In this document: piece after piece, positions 1 to 6,874 of the stretch
Position numbering within the stretch: the first letter of the stretch is position 1
Layout: each line of letters begins with the position of its first letter
Source: a bacterium
GTDB taxonomy: Bacteria > Patescibacteriota > Patescibacteriia > UBA2196
Direction of reading: 5' to 3'
Assembly: GCA_035387885.1 (NCBI GenBank)
Contig: DAOOOW010000004.1
Span: 1-58,162, forward strand
DNA: 58,162 bases
Notes under the pieces: model-generated
The model's input: the letters and a program-made list of their open reading frames with translations, nothing else
Databases searched by the model: none
Told to the model about the DNA's origin: nothing
Position numbers and translations under genes: made by a program

Positions 1-226
1 TGAAATATTTAAATCAAAAACCTAATGTTGCACTTTGGAATAGAATTCAGATTAACCAAAACCCCAGAGGGATTGGCTTTCGAGTTTCATTTAAATCAAA
101 AACCTTCTCTAATTTAGAGAAGGGTTTTGAAAAACGGGTAACGGCCCCGACATAAAGTCGGGGTCTTCGTTAATCTCTAAAGGGACTCACTTCGAGAATT
201 TATCACAAATTTTTCTTCTAAACTAA

Positions 227-302
227 GAGCGGGTAACGGGAATCGCACCCCATTCAAAAGACACTTAGGTGTCTTTTGAACTCTACCTTGGCAAGGTAGC
301 AT
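227..302 (-). pseudogene. Partial copy of tRNA-Gly running from the anticodon arm to the acceptor 3' strand. A 28-nt hairpin replaces the variable loop. It has no 5' acceptor/D arm and no CCA.
   Basis: The blocks 227-250 and 281-302 are identical to 349-372 and 377-398 of the intact tRNA. A perfect 12-bp stem with a 4-nt loop lies at 253-280. Confidence 0.6.
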
Positions 303-344
303 TAAAAACAAAAAATCCCTTAACAAAAAAGTTAAAGGATCTTT

Positions 345-419
345 TGGAGCGGGTAACGGGAATCGCACCCGTTTCTCTACCTTGGCAAGGTAGCATAATA
401 ACTATTATACGATACCCGC
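345..419 (-). tRNA. tRNA-Gly(GCC)
   Basis: The reverse complement reads GCGGGTA..CTACC-TTGCCAA-GGTAG-AGAA-ACGGG-TGCGATT-CCCGT-TACCCGC-T-CCA. It is 75 nt with an encoded CCA. The D arm is AT-rich and the T-loop has G at position 55. Confidence 0.8.
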
Positions 420-479
420 AAATATAATTTTCAATTTAAAAACAAATTACCAGTTACCAATTACAAATTACTCCCCTAT

Positions 480-704
480 TTACTTTTCTATTTTAACCAA
501 CTTTTTCTTCCAGGTCAAGCCACTAACAATCGTCAATCTACTTTTGGGCACAGCTAATTCTTTAGCTAAAAGTTCAATAACTTTTTCATTGGCTTTACCA
601 TGTTCTGGCGCTTCAGTAGTACGCAGACGATAAATTCCAGACTCTTCATCTTTAATTATCTGATTAGAACTCGCTTTGGTTGTAACATGGACTTCAATAA
701 ACAT
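480..704 (-). CDS. YggU/DUF167 (UPF0235) family small protein
   Basis: 74 aa carrying the family pattern ...APEHGKAN..VIELLAKELAVPKS.L.IVSG.T...K.V.I. Confidence 0.75.
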   Translation of the reverse strand: MFIEVHVTTKASSNQIIKDEESGIYRLRTTEAPEHGKANEKVIELLAKELAVPKSRLTIVSGLTWKKKLVKIEK

Positions 705-809
705 ATTAACATTTTAACATATTAACATATTAACACCAAACAATTGCCAAAAAACCAAATAACTGCTATAATTGGAGAGAAAATAAACTCAAATTTAATT
801 TCTTAATAT

Positions 810-2462
810 ATGTTTAAATCCAAGAAAAAAATTATTACTATTGCTCTTATAATTATTGCCATTTTAGCAGTTATTTTTTTAACTCGTGGCAAAAATAATC
901 AAGCAGTTTATACCACAGTTAAAGCTGAGATCATGGATCTTCAGCAAACCGTGGACGCCACCGGCCAAGTAGAATCGGCCGAAACCATTAAATTAAATTT
1001 TAAAAATTACGGTCGTTTAGAAAAAGTTTTTGTAGAAGAAGGCGCGCAAGTTAAACAGGGTGATAAATTGGCAGCGCTTGATTCAAAAGCTCTAAATAGC
1101 CAAGTGGCTGATGCTCGGGCCAGATTAACTCAAGCGACAGCTGATTATGAAAAACTTTTAGCTGGCGCTTCGAGTGAAGATTTACAAATTTCTATTGATA
1201 CTGTAGCTCAAAGAGAACAATCTTGGAGCGCTGCCCAAAATTCTCTAATAGTTAACTTAAATAAGCGAGATGCTGATTTAAATAATCTTAAAGAAACTGC
1301 TCTAGATACTTTAAAAAGTGAAATCACCGTGGCTGATGGAGCCCTCGAAGAGATTAATAATACTTTAAATGATGCCGATGCCAAAGATACTTTGGCTATA
1401 AAAAATAGTTCTATATTAAAAATAACTCAAGAAAATTATAACCAAACGGTGATAACTCTTGAAGAAAACAAAACGGAAATTGATTGGCTAAATTCTTTAA
1501 AAGAAAATGAAGTAATTTTTACAGCTCTAGACAATTTAAAAACATCTTTAACAAAAATTTCTACTGTTCTTACCAACTCTCTTAACGTTTTAGAAGCGAC
1601 CCTAACTTCGAGTAATTTAACTGAAGCAGAATTAGACTCTTTAAAAAACAATATCAAAACTCAACAAATTAAAATCAACACTTCTCTGGCCAGCGTCCAA
1701 GCAGCTAAAGCTAATTGGAATAATAAAATTATCTATTATCTTGACGCTATTGCTTCTTATGAAAATGCTGTTAAAGAGGCAGAAAGTGCTTTAAGTATTG
1801 CCCGTTCACAATTGGATTTAAAAAAATCACCGCCCAGATCCTTTGAAATTCAAGCGGGCAAAGCCAGAGTTGATCAGGCTCGAGCTAATTTAGATTTAGC
1901 TTTAGCCAACTTAAATGATGCCCAAATAATAGCGCCAGTTGATGGCACTATTACTAAAAAGAATTTCCAAGTGGGTGAACAAACCTCTCTCTCCACTCCA
2001 GTTTTAGAAATGATTGGCAAAAGTAATTTACAAGTTAAAGTTAATATCCCAGAATCTGATATCGCCAAAATTAAACTGGCCCAAAACGTGGATATGACAT
2101 TGGATGCTTTTGGAGCTGATAAAAAATTTGCCGGCCAAGTAGTTATGATTGACCCAGCGGAAACTAAAATTCAAGACGTGGTTTATTATCAAGTCAAAGT
2201 TCAGTTTAATAATAATTTTGAAGAAGTAAAGCCTGGCATGACCGCCAATTTGATTATTTTAATTGAACAAAGAAATCAGGTTTTAGTTGTGCCATCAAGA
2301 GCTATCAAATCTCGTAATGATGAAAAATATGTAGAAATTTTAGAAAATCTTAAAGAAGTTAAAGAAAAAACTGTAACTGTGGGTATTAAAGGTGATGAAG
2401 GCACAGAAATAATTTCGGGATTAAGTGTTGGTGAAGAAGTAATTACGTTTGTAAAAAATTAA
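810..2462 (+). CDS. HlyD/MacA-type periplasmic adaptor (membrane fusion) protein with a long coiled-coil insert
   Basis: It has an N-terminal TM segment and a biotinyl-lipoyl-like motif (GD.LA.LD / APVDGTI). A long helical hairpin region and a C-terminal beta-barrel follow, and the gene precedes a MacB-type ATPase. Confidence 0.85.
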   Translation: MFKSKKKIITIALIIIAILAVIFLTRGKNNQAVYTTVKAEIMDLQQTVDATGQVESAETIKLNFKNYGRLEKVFVEEGAQVKQGDKLAALDSKALNSQVADARARLTQATADYEKLLAGASSEDLQISIDTVAQREQSWSAAQNSLIVNLNKRDADLNNLKETALDTLKSEITVADGALEEINNTLNDADAKDTLAIKNSSILKITQENYNQTVITLEENKTEIDWLNSLKENEVIFTALDNLKTSLTKISTVLTNSLNVLEATLTSSNLTEAELDSLKNNIKTQQIKINTSLASVQAAKANWNNKIIYYLDAIASYENAVKEAESALSIARSQLDLKKSPPRSFEIQAGKARVDQARANLDLALANLNDAQIIAPVDGTITKKNFQVGEQTSLSTPVLEMIGKSNLQVKVNIPESDIAKIKLAQNVDMTLDAFGADKKFAGQVVMIDPAETKIQDVVYYQVKVQFNNNFEEVKPGMTANLIILIEQRNQVLVVPSRAIKSRNDEKYVEILENLKEVKEKTVTVGIKGDEGTEIISGLSVGEEVITFVKN

Positions 2463-2556
2463 AATAAGGGTTTGTAATAAGTAATAAGTAATCTGTAATT
2501 TGTAAATTTAATATAAAATTTTCAAAAATTATTTTTATCTATTACGAATTACTTTT

Positions 2557-3267
2557 ATGCTGATTGAAATAAAAAATTTATCAAAAGATTATGTTAATGA
2601 TGAAGTGGTCACCCCGGTTTTGTATGACCTTAATTTTAAAATTGAAGCTGGGGAATTTTTAGCCATCATGGGCAAATCTGGCTCTGGCAAATCAACGCTC
2701 ATGCATATTTTGGGTTTTCTTGATCGTTTAACTAAGGGGCAATATATTTTTAAAAATGAAGATGTGTCTGAATTTGATGATGAAAAATTAGCTAATTTAC
2801 GCAACAAAGAAGTGGGTTTTGTATTTCAGCAATTTAATCTTTTAGCCAAGACATCGGTTTTGGAAAATGTTAAACTGCCTTTGACTTACAGCTCAAAAAT
2901 GACTAATGAAGAAAAAAATAACAAAGCCTTAGCGGCGGTCAAATCTGTAGGCATTGAACACCGAGTTAATAATTTATCTAATCAATTATCTGGCGGAGAA
3001 AAACAAAGAGTGGCTATTGCCAGAGCTTTAGTTAATGAGCCCTCAATTATTTTTGCTGATGAACCAACTGGCAATTTGGATTCCAAATCTGGCGAGCAAG
3101 TCATGCAAATTTTAAATAAATTACATGAAGAAGGTAAAACTATTGTTTTAGTAACTCATGAACAATATACAGCCGAATATGCCGAGCGAATTATTAAATT
3201 AAAAGACGGGGAAATTGTTTCTAATGAAGCAGTACATGAGAGAAGGACAGCGGGGTTGGTTAAGTAA
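2557..3267 (+). CDS. ABC transporter ATP-binding protein (MacB/LolD/FtsE-like)
   Basis: Walker A is GKSGSGKST, the signature is LSGGEKQRVAIARAL, and Walker B is IIFADEPTGNLD. Confidence 0.95.
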   Translation: MLIEIKNLSKDYVNDEVVTPVLYDLNFKIEAGEFLAIMGKSGSGKSTLMHILGFLDRLTKGQYIFKNEDVSEFDDEKLANLRNKEVGFVFQQFNLLAKTSVLENVKLPLTYSSKMTNEEKNNKALAAVKSVGIEHRVNNLSNQLSGGEKQRVAIARALVNEPSIIFADEPTGNLDSKSGEQVMQILNKLHEEGKTIVLVTHEQYTAEYAERIIKLKDGEIVSNEAVHERRTAGLVK

Positions 3268-3613
3268 AAATAACTGTTGTGTTCACTCCAGTCTCCTGAC
3301 TGGAGTGTTAATGCTCATTAATGTACAAAAAGCCTCCAGTCGGGAGACATGGAAGCAACATAATCTAATATATCTTCAATGAAATGGCTTATTTTAGCCA
3401 TTTTTTATATTTATTAACAGGTTTACTGTTGATATTTTAAAAATTAGCCGCGCGAGAGGTTTCTCGCGCGGTTGTTTTATTTTTAAAAAATATTTAATTT
3501 TTCTACCCGGCTTTAGCCGAGGGTTTATCCCGCTTTAGCGGGATGGAAAATTAAATAAAATAATTAGCGGGCTAAAGCCCGCTCACCCTCACCTAAAGGT
3601 GGGTAGAAAAACT

Positions 3614-4861
3614 CTACTCTTGTCTCAGGGCCTCGACTGGATCCATGGCTGCGGCTTTACGCGCTGGATAAACACCAAAAATTAAACCAACCACGACAGA
3701 AAAACCCACGCCTAAAATAAATCCCATTGGCGTAAAAGTCAAACCCAAATCAAAACCAGCCGACTTGGCAATAATGGCTCCCAAAAAACTAAAAAGCGTA
3801 CCAAAAATCACCCCAATTAAGCCGCCGATAAAAGTTAAAAAAATAGCTTCCCATAAAAATTGCCACAAAATATTTTTACTAGTCGCGCCTAATGCTTTTC
3901 TTAAACCAATTTCATAAGTTCTTTCAGTGACTGAAACATACATAATATTCATAATGCCCACTCCACCAACTAAAAGTGAGATGGCCGCAATGGCAGCCAA
4001 AAGTAATGACAAACCGCCAGTGATGGTATCAATCATACCCATAGCTTCATCCATAGTAGTCACAGCAAAATCATCTTTTTTGGGATCAGTAATTTTGTGT
4101 TCCTCACGCAAAATACTTTCAATGTCTGAGGCGGTGGAGTAAGCCTGACTTTGATCTTTTAAATAAGCAGTAAAAAATTGAATATAATCCACACCTAAAA
4201 TTTGTTTTTGCAAAGTTTTCAAGGGTAGATAAACAATTGAGTCAACGTCAAAAAACATACTACTGCCCTGAGCCTCCATAACGCCAATCACCCGAAAATT
4301 TTTATTGCCAATTTTAATATATTTTTCTAAAGCTGAATCAGCACCAAAAAGTTTTTCTTTTAAAGATGCCCCAATAACCGCCACGCGCGCTTCAGAATTA
4401 TCTTCTTCAACTTCATAAGCTCTGCCTTCAGCTATAGCCATTTTGGAAAGATCAAAAAAACTTGCAGAGACACCCCAAAGCATAACTGTTTTTGTTTCAT
4501 CTTGATAAGAAGCCACGGCTTGACCCATTTGGCCAGCATAATAACCTTTAATATTTGGATGTTTACCAACCTCTTCGGCATCTGCCAGTTTTAATGTAGT
4601 AACGGTGACACCAGTAGCCATACTCATAGCGCTGTCTGAAGAATTTCTGGCGGTCGATGGAACTTTAGTTTCTGTTTGAATATAATCTGAACCAAAAATT
4701 TCTACGTAATCTAAAATTAAGCCTTTTAAACCTTGTCCGACATTCATGACCACAATAATAGACATAACACCAATAAAAAGACCGAGCACAGTTAAAGCTG
4801 AACGCACTTTGTGAAGTTTGATGGAATTATAGGCGATGTGGAGAGTGGAAAAGAAAGACAT
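3614..4861 (-). CDS. ABC transporter permease, FtsX/MacB family
   Basis: It has an N-terminal TM, a MacB periplasmic domain and a C-terminal FtsX 3-TM bundle (GGVGIMNIMYVSVTERTYEIGLRKALGA). Confidence 0.9.
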   Translation of the reverse strand: MSFFSTLHIAYNSIKLHKVRSALTVLGLFIGVMSIIVVMNVGQGLKGLILDYVEIFGSDYIQTETKVPSTARNSSDSAMSMATGVTVTTLKLADAEEVGKHPNIKGYYAGQMGQAVASYQDETKTVMLWGVSASFFDLSKMAIAEGRAYEVEEDNSEARVAVIGASLKEKLFGADSALEKYIKIGNKNFRVIGVMEAQGSSMFFDVDSIVYLPLKTLQKQILGVDYIQFFTAYLKDQSQAYSTASDIESILREEHKITDPKKDDFAVTTMDEAMGMIDTITGGLSLLLAAIAAISLLVGGVGIMNIMYVSVTERTYEIGLRKALGATSKNILWQFLWEAIFLTFIGGLIGVIFGTLFSFLGAIIAKSAGFDLGLTFTPMGFILGVGFSVVVGLIFGVYPARKAAAMDPVEALRQE

Positions 4862-5082
4862 AAGAGAAATTAAGAAATATAGAAATTAAAAAATTGAGGG
4901 TAAGGAAAATTATTTATCTTCTACCCCCCCCCTCCTGCCAGAGGAGGGGCATCACGACTATTAGTCGGAGGGGTGGTGGGAGATATAAAATTATAATTTA
5001 CTTATAGCTATAACCACCCCCTTAGCCTATCGGCTTAAGACCCCTCCTTTAAAAGGAGAGGATAAAAAAATAATTCTCGCCT

Positions 5083-6315
5083 TTACTCATAACGTAGTGC
5101 TTCCACTGGCTCGAGTTTGGCGGCTCTCCTGGCTGGATACCAACCAAAAACAATACCCACAATAGTGGAAACAATTAAACCCAATAATATGGATGATAAA
5201 GAAATAACAAAATCCCATTCATAGCCCAGATATTGAGCCACAAGGGCAATTAAGCCAGAAATCAAAAAGCCTAAAATAATACCAATGATGCCACCGAGCA
5301 AAGTCACCACCACAGCTTCAATTAAAAATTGATTCTGAATCAAATTTTCAGTGGCCCCAATAGCTTTTCTTAAGCCGATTTCTCTGGTGCGTTCGGTCAC
5401 AGAAGCGAGCATGATATTCATAATACCAATACCGCCAACCAATAGTGAGATAGCGGCAATACCAGAAAGAAAAAATTTTAGAGCATCGGTAATTTGTTTC
5501 AAAGCATCAAGTGCTTGGCTAGCGGCTCTGACAGAAAAATCTTCTTCGCCAACTTTTTTGATATCATGACGATCGAATAAAATTTGTTTGGCTTGTTCAA
5601 TAACAGCCGGTACTTCTAAATCAGAAATAGCCCGTAAACGGATAATGTTTATATAGTTAATACCTAAAAGAATTTTTTGGGCAGTAGAAATTGGCACAAA
5701 AACTAAATTATCTTGATTTTGAAAATTTTCCACTCCCCTCTTTTCTACCACACCAATAACTCGAAAACTTTCTCTTTTAATTTTAATATTCTCCCCTATA
5801 GGGTTTTGATTACCAAATAAATCCTCAGCCACTTGATAACCTAAAACTGCCACGCGCGCCAAACTTTTTTCTTCTGTTTCATCAAAAAAAGCACCTTTAG
5901 CTATTTTAACATCTTCAACTTTTAAGTAATCAACATTAGTGCCTAAAAAAGTTATATCAGTTTCTTGGTTTTGCCAAGTGGCGCTATCAACTCCGCGCAC
6001 ATAACTGGCCACTGCCTCAACACCAGGAATTTTTTTCAATTCATCAGCATCTTCTTGTTTTAAAGTAGTAATGGTAATCCCCATGACAGAAGCTGGCGGT
6101 CCTTTTTCATCACTATAACCTGGTGTAATACCAATTAAAGTCGAGCCAGCCGAAGAAATCTGATTAAAAATCAAACTCTGAGCGCCAGCGCCTACAGCCA
6201 TAATGACAATCACGGCGCACACGCCAATAACAATTCCAAGCACAGTTAAAATAGTACGATTTTTATTGCGCTTTAATAATTTTAGAGCTGATTTTAATAA
6301 AATAAAAAAAGGCAT
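5083..6315 (-). CDS. ABC transporter permease, FtsX/MacB family (paralog of 3614..4861)
   Basis: It has the same architecture as 3614..4861 and the motif GGIGIMNIMLASVTERTREIGLRKAIGA. Confidence 0.9.
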   Translation of the reverse strand: MPFFILLKSALKLLKRNKNRTILTVLGIVIGVCAVIVIMAVGAGAQSLIFNQISSAGSTLIGITPGYSDEKGPPASVMGITITTLKQEDADELKKIPGVEAVASYVRGVDSATWQNQETDITFLGTNVDYLKVEDVKIAKGAFFDETEEKSLARVAVLGYQVAEDLFGNQNPIGENIKIKRESFRVIGVVEKRGVENFQNQDNLVFVPISTAQKILLGINYINIIRLRAISDLEVPAVIEQAKQILFDRHDIKKVGEEDFSVRAASQALDALKQITDALKFFLSGIAAISLLVGGIGIMNIMLASVTERTREIGLRKAIGATENLIQNQFLIEAVVVTLLGGIIGIILGFLISGLIALVAQYLGYEWDFVISLSSILLGLIVSTIVGIVFGWYPARRAAKLEPVEALRYE

Positions 6316-6378
6316 AAACTTAAACTTTATAGCCTTAATTTAACATTTTTTAACTAAGAAGTAAAATTTTTTACTAAG

Positions 6379-6532
6379 CTCTGGGGGGAGGAATCGGTCA
6401 CAACTCTTACTCGCTTCCGCTTGTAAGGTTGCGACCCCGCCTCGCGGTCTGGCTCGCCATTATGCTCGCCAAACATCGCTCCGGCTTTCGAATCCTTGGC
6501 GCAAGCCAAGCAGTTGGCTTGCTCCCCTCTCA
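6379..6532. ncRNA. Unclassified GC-rich structured element, either a candidate ncRNA or a remnant of inserted DNA
   Basis: A ~150-nt G+C-rich patch in an AT-rich spacer holds several perfect hairpins (for example GCAAGCCAA-CTGC-TTGGCTTGC). No ORF is present. Its left end copies the 3' end of the adjacent tRNA-Asn. Confidence 0.35.
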
Positions 6533-6534
6533 AA

Positions 6535-6560
6535 AATAAAACCAGCCTTGTGGGCTGATT
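6535..6560 (-). terminator. Intrinsic terminator after tRNA-Asn
   Basis: The minus-sense sequence is CAGCC-CACAA-GGCTG followed by GTTTTATTTTTG. Confidence 0.6.
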
Positions 6561-6567
6561 TTATTTT

Positions 6568-6639
6568 CTCTGGGGGCAGGGATCGAACCTGCGACAGCCA
6601 CGTTAACAGCGTGGTGTTCTACCGCTGAACTACCCCAGA
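6568..6639 (-). tRNA. tRNA-Asn(GUU), copy 1
   Basis: The reverse complement reads TCTGGGG-TA-GTTCAGCGGTAGAAC-A-CCACG-CTGTTAA-CGTGG..GCAGG-TTCGATC-CCTGC-CCCCAGA-G. No CCA is encoded. Confidence 0.9.
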
Positions 6640-6825
6640 GATTAATAAAAAAGATTTAAAAAAACCGTCTTTATAAACGGCCTTTATGTTTCTTTTTAAT
6701 CTATTGAAAATCAGGCCGTTATTAAAAGCGGTTATTAGAATTATTATTTAAATTATTTTTCTGGCTGATTTGTTTCATAGATAAATATAGTTTATCAAGA
6801 AAAAATAAAAAAGTCAAATAAAAAT

Positions 6826-6847
6826 GCCCCATCGCGATGGATGGGGC
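6826..6847 (-). terminator. Intrinsic terminator of the T9SS-CTD gene
   Basis: An 8-bp GC stem (GCCCCATC/GATGGGGC) is followed by a T-run in the minus sense, 28 nt after the stop codon. Confidence 0.7.
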
Positions 6848-6874
6848 AAAACGGCAAAATGTGTTGCAAATTAT

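Noticed and set aside
62-69. CCCCAGAG 8-mers at 62-69 and 54342-54349 considered as further tRNA-Asn 5'-end fragments
   Set aside because: Only 8 nt match and no similarity extends beyond them. That is too short to distinguish from chance.
227-302. A class II (long variable arm) tRNA or tRNA-Sec-like gene
   Set aside because: It lacks the 5' acceptor strand, the D arm and the CCA. Apart from the inserted hairpin, its sequence is a verbatim copy of the adjacent tRNA-Gly 3' half.
2473-2556. CRISPR array or other spacer-repeat locus among the periodic intergenic repeats (also 55868-56008 and 47010-47096)
   Set aside because: The units are 7-8 nt and contiguous, with no unique spacers. No 25-40-nt repeats and no cas genes appear anywhere in the window.
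6379-6532. Possible tmRNA, SRP RNA, 6S RNA or RNase P RNA next to tRNA-Asn copy 1
   Set aside because: It has no tmRNA acceptor with G3:U70 and no tag ORF ending in Ala-Ala. It has no SRP helix-8 GGAA/AGCA motif and no RNase P GAGGAAAGUC. It is also too short for RNase P or tmRNA. It stays listed as an unclassified element only.
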